Origin: a virus
Taxonomy: Duplodnaviria; Heunggongvirae; Uroviricota; Caudoviricetes
Length of the DNA stretch: 13,482 bases
Virus record (IMG/VR): IMGVR_UViG_2541047885_000013
Span: 1-13,482 of that record
Direction: 5' to 3' (one strand)
In this document: one piece after another, positions 7,208-13,266 of the stretch
Layout: each line of letters starts with the position of its first letter
Position numbering within the stretch: position 1 is the first letter of the stretch
Translations under genes and position numbers: made by a program
The notes under the pieces: model-generated
Told to the model about the DNA's origin: nothing
Databases searched by the model: none
Seen by the model: the letters and a program-made list of their open reading frames with translations, nothing else

Positions 7208-8102
7208 TGGCAACCTCCAGTTTCGCTTTGCATTCTGCGTAAATGGCTTGTACGTTCTGCTGCAATTTCATTCCAGATGTCAGGCGATATGCTTCTGCAA
7301 AATATCGCTTCAAATCATCCATGTTTTCAGCCTGAGCCATTTCATCACAAAGAAGTTGTGCTTTATCCGTTATTTCCTGCTGGCGTTTCCGTTCATCTTC
7401 GCGGATATCTTCCTCTGATTTGTGCGGCATAACTGGTTCAGTCCACACACCTTCTTCTTCGTTTAGTACGTGAATAGCACTATCAAGACGTGATGCCTTA
7501 GGCCAATACTTGCTTGCACGCTTTACGACCGTCTTTCGCGCCATCTCATTCCAGTGATTTACCCATGGTCCTTTATCGCTGAATGCCGCCTTGCTTGTTT
7601 TCCTTACAGCCTCAATTTCAGCCAGACTCATCTCTTCCGTTAGATAATCACCTGCTGGCGTCTTAACTGTGCAGTAAACGCCAACGATATCACCACGATC
7701 ACCGAAGGCGTTGTATTTATGGGTTGGTGCTTTATCAAGCCCGTTTGACTCATAGGTATCGTTAGCATGAACAAGTTTTGCCTGACCCCATGAGATAACA
7801 CCAGACTCCATTGCAATATGGAGCAATCCCATATAACTGATATCAAGGCACACCATGCCGTCGCGAGGAACCAGATAAGCCAGTTTGCTGGCCGGGTTTA
7901 AGGTGATGCCGATCGCCGCAACATTGATGATGGCGTTCTGTGCGCTGGTTGGATTTGCCAGTGCCGTTTTAGCCAGGTAATCATTTTTCTGGAAATACTG
8001 AATTGCAAACTGGCTTTCCTTAGCCCATGTCACCGTCTGTTCAGTCAATGCTCCGCAGAATAACTGCTCTTGCTGTTTAACGAATTCAACGATATTGCTC
8101 AT
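7191..8102 (-). CDS. recT: RecT-family single-strand annealing recombinase
   Basis: 303-aa translation contains ...GPWVNHWNEMARKTVVKRASKYWP..., closely paralleling Rac RecT ...GPWVTHWEEMAKKTAIRRLFKYLP..., plus the RecT-like segment NVAAIGITLNP. Confidence 0.8.
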   Translation of the reverse strand: MSNIVEFVKQQEQLFCGALTEQTVTWAKESQFAIQYFQKNDYLAKTALANPTSAQNAIINVAAIGITLNPASKLAYLVPRDGMVCLDISYMGLLHIAMESGVISWGQAKLVHANDTYESNGLDKAPTHKYNAFGDRGDIVGVYCTVKTPAGDYLTEEMSLAEIEAVRKTSKAAFSDKGPWVNHWNEMARKTVVKRASKYWPKASRLDSAIHVLNEEEGVWTEPVMPHKSEEDIREDERKRQQEITDKAQLLCDEMAQAENMDDLKRYFAEAYRLTSGMKLQQNVQAIYAECKAKLEVASEQTI

Positions 8103-8410
8103 GCAGCTTCTCCATAAATATGTCTGCGTTTGAATATTGCGAAGGCATATTCAGCCTTAACTCTTTCGGTTATTGCATCCCAGAACCATTCAGCGGCTTT
8201 TTCCTGATAGTTACAGTCATCATCTTCCAGCCAGTCGATAGCGTCCTTAGTGTGTTCATCTGGTTTATATGAGCGAAGCATTTCGCTTATTGGGTCGCAA
8301 CGTTTGCAGAGGCGATCAACTTCACTGTTGATTCGTTCGTAATCTTCATCAGTAAAACTTGCGATTATTTGCGATATTTCACGCTTATCATTCAGAGTCA
8401 GAATCATCAT
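8099..8410 (-). CDS. Hypothetical protein, 103 aa
   Basis: Track ORF; AGGAG lies 4 nt upstream of the ATG; its stop overlaps the recT start (ATGA). Confidence 0.55.
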   Translation of the reverse strand: MMILTLNDKREISQIIASFTDEDYERINSEVDRLCKRCDPISEMLRSYKPDEHTKDAIDWLEDDDCNYQEKAAEWFWDAITERVKAEYAFAIFKRRHIYGEAA

Positions 8411-8495
8411 CTTTCTCCTGTTCTTTGTGCTGATTGAGCATTTTGTTCATCTGACGAATGAATTCTTCGTCTGACCAGTTATCTGTAAAACTCAT
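8388..8495 (-). CDS. Small acidic hypothetical protein, 35 aa (MSFTDNWSDEEFIRQMNKMLNQHKEQEKDDDSDSE)
   Basis: Hand-translated; its start overlaps the stop of the cIII-like gene (ATGA); its 3' end overlaps the start of the 103-aa gene in another frame. Weak RBS. Confidence 0.3.
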   Translation of the reverse strand: MSFTDNWSDEEFIRQMNKMLNQHKEQEKDDDSDSE

Positions 8496-8662
8496 GGACG
8501 GCCTTGTTGTTTCAAAATATCCCAAAGCTTTTCGAGCAAACTTTTCATTCTTGGTTGTTTAAAGTCTGCTCCGGTTAAAATATTTTTTCGTGAATGCTGT
8601 ACCGATAAAATCGGGTTGAAAGGGCGAACCGATGCCGCCCCTGCAATAGCGAACTGTTGCAT
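8492..8662 (-). CDS. cIII: cIII-like protein, 56 aa (putative FtsH inhibitor)
   Basis: Internal start of track ORF 8492..8767, with AGGAG 5 nt upstream of the ATG. The translation MQQFAIAG...KSLLEKLWDILKQQGRP resembles lambda CIII (MQYAIAGW...ESLLERITRKLRDGWKRLIDILNQPGVP, from memory), and it lies in the expected position in the pL operon. Confidence 0.5.
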   Translation of the reverse strand: MQQFAIAGAASVRPFNPILSVQHSRKNILTGADFKQPRMKSLLEKLWDILKQQGRP

Positions 8663-8866
8663 AGGATGCTCCTTCTGTTTGATTGCATAACGAAAACGCC
8701 TCAAGTGAAGCGTTATTGGTATGCATATAAAAAAGCCCTCACATAGGAGGGCAAAGAAGATTTCCAATAATCAGAACAAGTCGGCTCCTGTTTAGTTACG
8801 AGCGACATTGCTCCGTGTATTCACTCGTTGGAATGAATACACAGAGCAGTGTTTATTCTGTTTTTT

Positions 8867-8896
8867 ATGGCAAAAATAAAAGCTGCCATCAGGCAG
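8867..8896 (-). terminator. Intrinsic terminator-like hairpin (GCTGCC-TGAT-GGCAGC followed by TTTTATTTTT on the minus strand), in a tL1-like position
   Basis: Read from the sequence; it lies in the pL operon downstream of N and the small acidic ORF and upstream of cIII, a position analogous to lambda tL1. Confidence 0.5.
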
Positions 8897-8969
8897 CCTT
8901 GTTGTTCTGTTTACCAAGTTCTCTGGAAATCATTGCCGTCGTTCGTATTGTCCACACCATTGATTTTTA

Positions 8970-9056
8970 TCAATAGTCGTAGTCATACGGATAGTCCTGG
9001 TATTGTTCCATCACATCCTGCGGATGCTCTTCGAACTCTTCAAATTCTTCTTCCAT
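8970..9056 (-). CDS. Very acidic 28-aa peptide (MEEEFEEFEEHPQDVMEQYQDYPYDYDY)
   Basis: Hand-translated; strong RBS (GAGGTGA) 4 nt upstream of the ATG; first ORF downstream of N. The track's plus-strand ORF 8849..9088 is antisense to it. Confidence 0.4.
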   Translation of the reverse strand: MEEEFEEFEEHPQDVMEQYQDYPYDYDY

Positions 9057-9064
9057 ATATCACC

Positions 9065-9391
9065 TCAAATAAGTGGTTTGCTGCCTAATTTCATTTTCTG
9101 GCGACCAACACAAGTCACACCCATTTCACTGCGTGGCTTGCTGTACCATGTGCGCTGATTCTTGCGCTCAATACGTTGCAGGTTGCTTTCAATCTGTTCG
9201 TGGTATTCAGCCAGCACTGTAAGGTCTATCGGATTCAGTGCGCTTTCTACTCGTGATTTCGGTTTGCGATTCAGCGAGAGAATTGGGCGGTTAACTGGTT
9301 TTGCGCTTACCCCAACCAACAGGGGATTTGCTGCTTTCCATTGAGCCTGTTTCTCTGCGCGACGTTCGCGGCGGCGTGTTTGTGCATCCAT
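9065..9391 (-). CDS. N: Antitermination protein N (lambda type)
   Basis: 108-aa translation MDAQTRRRERRAEKQAQWKAANPLLVGVSAKPVNRPILSLNRKPKSRVESALNPIDLTVLAEYH... matches lambda N (arginine-rich boxB-binding motif at the N-terminus); the extreme C-terminus differs. Confidence 0.93.
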   Translation of the reverse strand: MDAQTRRRERRAEKQAQWKAANPLLVGVSAKPVNRPILSLNRKPKSRVESALNPIDLTVLAEYHEQIESNLQRIERKNQRTWYSKPRSEMGVTCVGRQKMKLGSKPLI

Positions 9392-9589
9392 CTGGATTCT
9401 CCTGTCAGTTAGCTTTGGTGATTGGATGGCCGGCGCTGAACCCCGGCTTACTGGTTAGAGCGCCCGCACTACCAGTGACGCTGTCTTGAGGCGCAGATTG
9501 GTTACTGCTTGCCATGAGCGCTGTTTATACATTGGTCGAGCATCAGCCTGCTCATTCATCCAATCCCAAAGCCTTCTGCTTTGAAAGCT

Positions 9590-9622
9590 GCCCTTCTTCA
9601 GGGCTTAATTTTTAAGAGCATC
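9590..9622 (-). promoter_or_regulatory. nutL: nutL (boxA CGCTCTTAA-like, boxB GCCCTGAAGAAGGGC on the minus strand)
   Basis: The reverse complement of 9590-9622 reads GATGCTCTTAAAAATTAAGCCCTGAAGAAGGGC, matching lambda nutL boxA and boxB, in the leader between pL and N. Confidence 0.85.
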
Positions 9623-9652
9623 ACCTTCATGGTGGTTAGTGCGTCCTGCTGA

Positions 9653-9688
9653 TGGCTAAATAGTACGATTTGTACTTTATCGAGTCAA
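9653..9688 (-). promoter_or_regulatory. pL promoter (-35 TTGACT, 17-bp spacer, -10 TACTAT, predicted +1 near 9653) with an overlapping operator AAAGTACAAATCGTACTATT
   Basis: Minus-strand sequence TTGACT-N17-TACTAT-TTAGCC-ATCAGCAGGACGCAC has the same architecture as lambda pL and its transcript start (ATCAGCAGG), but the operator sequence is different from lambda's. Confidence 0.7.
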
Positions 9689-9750
9689 TACAAAATGTTC
9701 TAAATATGATTAGTTTTTTATAACGCTTTGTATTTAATGGGTTTATGTTT

Positions 9751-9783
9751 TGGAAAAAGAAAACCCGACGCTAAGGTCGGGTT
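9751..9783 (-). terminator. Intrinsic terminator immediately downstream of cI (AACCCGAC-loop-GTCGGGTT followed by TTCTTTTTCC on the minus strand)
   Basis: 8-bp GC-rich stem and T-run read directly, about 30 nt after the cI stop. Confidence 0.6.
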
Positions 9784-9813
9784 ATTGTTGTGTGTTTTAG
9801 AGTTGTGAGGCTG

Positions 9814-10473
9814 TTAACTAAATGTCTCTTCAGGCCACTGGCTGGCGATAACTTTCCCTACTACGGAACAGCTATCATTGCATGGAATCATTGGATATTG
9901 CGGGTTTAGTGGCTGTAGGAACACCTGACCGCTATCCCTGATCAGTTTCTTGAAGGTAAACTCGTCACCACCAAGTCTGGCTATGCAGAAATCACCTGGC
10001 TCAACAGCCTGCTCAGGGTCAACGAGAATTAACATCCCGTCAGGAAAGCTTGGCTTGGATCCTGTTGGCGCGGTCATGGAATTACCTTCAACTTCAAGCC
10101 AGAACGCACAATCACTGGCTTTTTTGGTTGTGCTGACCCATCTCTCCGCATCACCTTTGGTAAAGGTTCTAAGCTCAGGCGAGAACATCCCGGCCTGAAC
10201 ATGAGAAAAAACAGGGTACTCATATTGTTTTTTAACGGGGGCAGATGAGTATTCGCCAACAGGTGAAAATGTACCGTCGTGGTTGAATGAGACGTTATCA
10301 ATACCAAGGTATTTAAACACCACACCAATCTCGTCAAGAGATGGATGACGAGATCCGCGCAACCAGTGACCAATTCCACCCTGCGTCATACCAAGCTCTT
10401 CAGCTAACTTCTCTTGAGTTATGCCGAGCTCTTTCATTCTGGATCTAGCCAGTTCATACCATTTCATTTTCAT
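9814..10473 (-). CDS. cI: cI-type prophage repressor: lambda-like C-terminal S24 autopeptidase/dimerisation domain joined to a non-lambda N-terminal HTH domain
   Basis: Track ORF 9814..10515. From ...[39 protein letters not shown]... to the end it matches the lambda CI C-terminal domain almost residue for residue (from memory). The N-terminal about 90 aa ([40 protein letters not shown]...) is an XRE-type HTH unlike lambda's. Start chosen at MKMKW (10473); 10467 or 10515 are possible. Confidence 0.85.
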   Translation of the reverse strand: MKMKWYELARSRMKELGITQEKLAEELGMTQGGIGHWLRGSRHPSLDEIGVVFKYLGIDNVSFNHDGTFSPVGEYSSAPVKKQYEYPVFSHVQAGMFSPELRTFTKGDAERWVSTTKKASDCAFWLEVEGNSMTAPTGSKPSFPDGMLILVDPEQAVEPGDFCIARLGGDEFTFKKLIRDSGQVFLQPLNPQYPMIPCNDSCSVVGKVIASQWPEETFS

Positions 10474-10529
10474 ACCCTTATTATTACGCTCTGTACTAAA
10501 ACCATCCATGCACAAGATGTATTTTTTGT

Positions 10530-10558
10530 TTGCATTCTAAAAGTACATATCGTATTAT
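10530..10558 (+). promoter_or_regulatory. pR promoter (-35 TTGCAT, 17-bp spacer, -10 TATTAT) with an overlapping operator AAAGTACATATCGTATTATT
   Basis: Read directly in the cI-cro intergenic region. The 20-bp operator-like sequence over the -10 is a near copy (2 mismatches) of the one overlapping the pL -10; a third related site (TAGTACAGAGCGTAATAAT, minus strand, about 10479-10498) sits just upstream of the cI start. Confidence 0.55.
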
Positions 10559-10584
10559 TGTTTCATGGTTACTATGGAGGGCAT

Positions 10585-10800
10585 ATGAGCAACCTACGAA
10601 AATATCGAGAGTCACTGAATATCTCTCAAACAACACTTGCTAAGGCAGTTGGATGCACACAGGGAGCTATCGGACATTGGGAATCTGGTCGTCGCTTCCC
10701 AGACCTTAAAACATGCCGTGCTCTTGTTGAGTGCCTAAACAAGTTAGGCGCAAAAGTCAGTCTTGATGACGTGTTCCCGCCGGAACACAAAGCCGCTTAA
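10585..10800 (+). CDS. cro: Cro-like repressor, 71 aa, XRE-type HTH
   Basis: Internal ATG of track ORF 10414..10800, with GGAGGG 4 nt upstream. Its HTH (ISQTTLAKAVGCTQGAIGHWESG) is similar to the cI N-terminal HTH. It is divergent from cI and followed by nutR. Confidence 0.8.
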   Translation: MSNLRKYRESLNISQTTLAKAVGCTQGAIGHWESGRRFPDLKTCRALVECLNKLGAKVSLDDVFPPEHKAA

Positions 10801-10809
10801 GACATTCTA

Positions 10810-10840
10810 GCTCTTACACATCACAGCCCTGAAAAAGGGC
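10810..10840 (+). promoter_or_regulatory. nutR: nutR (boxA GCTCTTACACA, boxB GCCCTGAAAAAGGGC)
   Basis: Sequence AGCTCTTACACATCACAGCCCTGAAAAAGGGC matches lambda nutR boxA and boxB, between cro and cII. Confidence 0.85.
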
Positions 10841-10916
10841 ATTACCAGAAACAAATCTCTATGGTTTTGCGTTTCTTTGCGAAGCCAACTCTATCTAATC
10901 ATTAAGGAAATTATCT

Positions 10917-11198
10917 ATGGGTACTATTGCAACTAAAAGCAAGAAAGCGGCTCGCATCGAGTCGGCCTTGCTGAACAAACTGGCACTGATGGGGCAGAAG
11001 ACATTCGCTCGAGCAATGGGGGTTCCTGAATATCAGGTAAGCCGATGGAAGAATGGTTTCTTCTCGCAGGTAAGCATGATGCTTGCTGTTCTGGAATACG
11101 GAATCGAAGACGATGAAATGGCTGAATTGACTAAGCGGCTTGCCGATTACCTGACAAAAGAAAAAGCCCCGAAGAACGGCGAATTCTTCGAGGCATGA
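10917..11198 (+). CDS. cII: cII-like transcriptional activator, 93 aa
   Basis: Translation ...[33 protein letters not shown]...[18 protein letters not shown]... parallels lambda CII ([33 protein letters not shown]...LLAVLEWGVVDDDMARL); position after cro and nutR. Confidence 0.75.
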   Translation: MGTIATKSKKAARIESALLNKLALMGQKTFARAMGVPEYQVSRWKNGFFSQVSMMLAVLEYGIEDDEMAELTKRLADYLTKEKAPKNGEFFEA

Positions 11199-11232
11199 TG
11201 TAGAAAGACTGGATCAATCCACAGGAGTAATT

Positions 11233-11379
11233 ATGACAAAACAACTCAGTCCTTACCAGGACAAAATTCACAAACACATACTACGTGATCGCTTCCTGTC
11301 CAGCTTCAAGCAGCCTGGTCGATTCCGGGCTGAGTTGGAAAAAGTGAAGCTGATGCAGAAGGAGAAAGGTCATGAGTAA
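11233..11379 (+). CDS. Small hypothetical protein, 48 aa, between cII and O
   Basis: Hand-translated ([48 protein letters not shown]); AGGAG lies 5 nt upstream of the ATG; its 3' end overlaps the O start by 8 nt. Confidence 0.35.
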   Translation: MTKQLSPYQDKIHKHILRDRFLSSFKQPGRFRAELEKVKLMQKEKGHE

Positions 11380-12232
11380 TCTTGCAACCGTAACACATTT
11401 AAGGCCTTCACAACGGCCTGTGGAGCGTCGTGTGGCAGAAGTTGAAGATGGTTATACCCGTCTTGCAAATGCCCTGTATGAAGAGCTTATCGGCGCAGAT
11501 TTAACGAAAAATCAGAGCAAGGTTGCCCACGCCATATGCCGTAAAACATACGGCTACGGTAAAAAGATGGATCGCATCTCTGATAGTCAGTTAGCTCAAA
11601 TTACCAGGCTGCCAAGACAGAAGGTAAACAAGGCCAAGAATGAGCTTATCGCGATGAAGGTTATCCTTCGCGAAGGCCAGCAAATCGGGCCTAACAAGAA
11701 CATCGAGGAATGGCAAATCGAAGGGTGTCACTACTCTGGTGATAATGTCACTGCATTGGTGACAAAAAGTGTCACCAAAACGGTGACAGCGCTGTCACCA
11801 AAACAGGGACACACAAAAGAAACTATTACAAAAGAAAAAAGAAATAATAAAAACACTATGTCCGAAAGTGTTCGGACGGAGTGTGAAAAATCACCTGACC
11901 GTCACGAAGAAACCGACAAGGCATTCGAGGAAATATTCTGGTGTGCAGGCATGCGGAAAGCCGGGAAGAAAAACGCAGCTTCGGCATTCAGAACACAGTT
12001 CAGGGAATGGCGTAAAACTACCAGGGGTACGGCAAGCGAGTTTGCCACGATGCTGGCAGAAGACATCGCATGCAGGAATGGTAAGCAGTTCGGATTCGAC
12101 AGGTTGTTACCATCGAGCTACCTGAACGGTCAACGCTGGAACGACGAGAAGCCAGAAACTATTCAACCACAATCCAAACCATCATCCGCAATCACCGTAT
12201 CGAAAACTGGCTACGTGTTTTTCGACAGGTGA
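11372..12232 (+). CDS. O: Replication initiator, lambda O-like N-terminal iteron-binding domain
   Basis: The N-terminal region ([56 protein letters not shown]...GPNKNIEEW) parallels lambda O (DGYARLSNMLLEAYSGADLTKRQFKVLLAILRKTYGWNKPMDRITDSQLSEITKLP...GPNKNISEW); iterons lie inside the gene. The C-terminal half is not recognisably lambda-like. Confidence 0.8.
   Translation: MSNLATVTHLRPSQRPVERRVAEVEDGYTRLANALYEELIGADLTKNQSKVAHAICRKTYGYGKKMDRISDSQLAQITRLPRQKVNKAKNELIAMKVILREGQQIGPNKNIEEWQIEGCHYSGDNVTALVTKSVTKTVTALSPKQGHTKETITKEKRNNKNTMSESVRTECEKSPDRHEETDKAFEEIFWCAGMRKAGKKNAASAFRTQFREWRKTTRGTASEFATMLAEDIACRNGKQFGFDRLLPSSYLNGQRWNDEKPETIQPQSKPSSAITVSKTGYVFFDR
11726..11860. repeat. Putative replication origin inside the O gene: GTCAC/GTGAC iterons followed by an AT-rich tract
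   Basis: Read directly: TGTCAC (11726), TGTCAC (11745), GGTGACA (11758), TGTCACC (11770), GGTGACA (11782), TGTCACC (11793), then an A/T-rich stretch (about 11815-11860). This organisation is analogous to the lambda origin. Confidence 0.6.
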
Positions 12233-12235
12233 ACC

Positions 12236-12343
12236 ATGAAATCAAAAATCAAATCGCTACTGGTCGCTGGTTATAACCACGGTTGGTTAAGTATTTCGTT
12301 TGTCGATTTCTGGTTTAAAAATCTCAATCTGAGGGAATCATGA
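12236..12343 (+). CDS. Small hydrophobic peptide, 35 aa (MKSKIKSLLVAGYNHGWLSISFVDFWFKNLNLRES)
   Basis: Hand-translated; AGGTGA lies just upstream of the ATG; its stop overlaps the start of the primase-like gene (ATGA). Confidence 0.35.
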   Translation: MKSKIKSLLVAGYNHGWLSISFVDFWFKNLNLRES

Positions 12344-13266
12344 CGCCAAGTGAACTCAGCGACCTGCTTTGGGCGCAGGTTGACAGGGTGGCTCCGCACC
12401 TGTTGCCAAACGGCAAGAAAGAGGGGCATGAGTGGGTTGCCGGTAACGTCAACGGTGACAAGGGAAACAGCCTTAAGGTCAACCTTAGCGGCAAGAAAAA
12501 ATGGGCTGATTTCGCTGAGGGAGACGGCGGTGACATGCTTGATTTGTGGATGGCGTGTCGTGGAATTAACCTGCATCAGGCTATGCAGGAAGCGAAAGCC
12601 TTTCTCGGAATCAAGGATGACGATCACCATTTCGATGCCAAACGTGAGAAGAAATTCTCCAGACCTGATCGCAAGAAAATCGCCCGCTATGTTACCAGAA
12701 CAGAATCCCATCTTGAGTACCTGCAATCGCGTGGCATATCGCCAGAAGTCGTAAAGCGCTACGAGGTTGTAAGCGGCAAGGTGTGGAATGGAGAGCGGGA
12801 ACTGGATGCTCTGGTGATTCCGTACAAACGCGATGGTGAGTTGTTGCAGGTCAAGCGAATCAGCACTGAGCGCCCGGACGGGAAGAAAGTCATTATGGCA
12901 GAAGGTGATTGCGAACCTTGTCTGTTCGGATGGCAGGCTCTGGACGCTGGCGTGAGGGCGGTTGTACTTTGCGAAGGCGAAATTGATTGTATGAGCTATG
13001 CGCAATACGGCATCTCGGCGTTATCCGTGCCGTTTGGTGGAGGGAAAGGCGCTAAGCAACAGTGGATTGAGTTTGAGTACCACAACCTCGACAGGTTTGA
13101 GGAAATATTCATCTCGATGGACGTTGATGATGTTGGTCGTGAAGCCGCAAGGGAAATCGCAAGCCGACTCGGTGAACATCGTTGCCGTCTTGTTACTCTG
13201 CCGTACAAAGACATTAACGAATGCCTGATGAATGGTGTTACCGAGGATGAAATCTGGCAGTACTGA
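12340..13266 (+). CDS. Toprim-domain primase-like replication protein, probably truncated at its 3' end by an IS insertion
   Basis: 308-aa track ORF with Toprim-like motifs (VVLCEGEIDCMSYAQYG and ISMDVDDVGREA). Its stop codon TGA (13264-13266) is the first three bases of the IS terminal repeat. Confidence 0.65.
   Translation: MTPSELSDLLWAQVDRVAPHLLPNGKKEGHEWVAGNVNGDKGNSLKVNLSGKKKWADFAEGDGGDMLDLWMACRGINLHQAMQEAKAFLGIKDDDHHFDAKREKKFSRPDRKKIARYVTRTESHLEYLQSRGISPEVVKRYEVVSGKVWNGERELDALVIPYKRDGELLQVKRISTERPDGKKVIMAEGDCEPCLFGWQALDAGVRAVVLCEGEIDCMSYAQYGISALSVPFGGGKGAKQQWIEFEYHNLDRFEEIFISMDVDDVGREAAREIASRLGEHRCRLVTLPYKDINECLMNGVTEDEIWQY

Noticed and set aside
7071-7846. Plus ORF 7071..7418 and minus ORF 7640..7846
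   Set aside because: Antisense to the Gp157-like gene and recT, or embedded in recT in another frame.
5165-8410. Lambda exo/bet/gam/kil in the early-left region
   Set aside because: None of the translations resemble Redα, Redβ, Gam or Kil; the recombinase here is RecT-type.
8663-8767. N-terminal extension of track ORF 8492..8767 (91 aa)
   Set aside because: The internal ATG at 8660-8662 has AGGAG 5 nt upstream and yields a cIII-sized protein; the extension has no RBS and no cIII-like sequence.
8849-9088. 79-aa plus-strand ORF
   Set aside because: Antisense to the RBS-supported acidic micro-ORF and overlapping the N stop; everything else in this operon is on the minus strand.
9162-9489. Plus-strand ORFs 9162..9344 and 9301..9489
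   Set aside because: Antisense to N and its leader.
9950-10379. ORFs 9950..10198 (plus) and 10074..10379 (minus) inside cI
   Set aside because: Antisense or alternative-frame overlaps with the strongly supported repressor gene.
10474-10515. Longer cI start at 10515 ([14 protein letters not shown]...)
   Set aside because: An operator-like site lies within this extension and the HTH spacing favours the MKMKW start, so I kept the shorter model. The longer one is not excluded.
10414-10584. N-terminal extension of track ORF 10414..10800 (128 aa)
   Set aside because: The extension spans the cI-cro operator/promoter region; the ATG at 10585 has GGAGGG upstream and gives a Cro-sized HTH protein.
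11868-12125. 85-aa plus-strand ORF inside the O gene
   Set aside because: Alternative frame within a well-supported gene.
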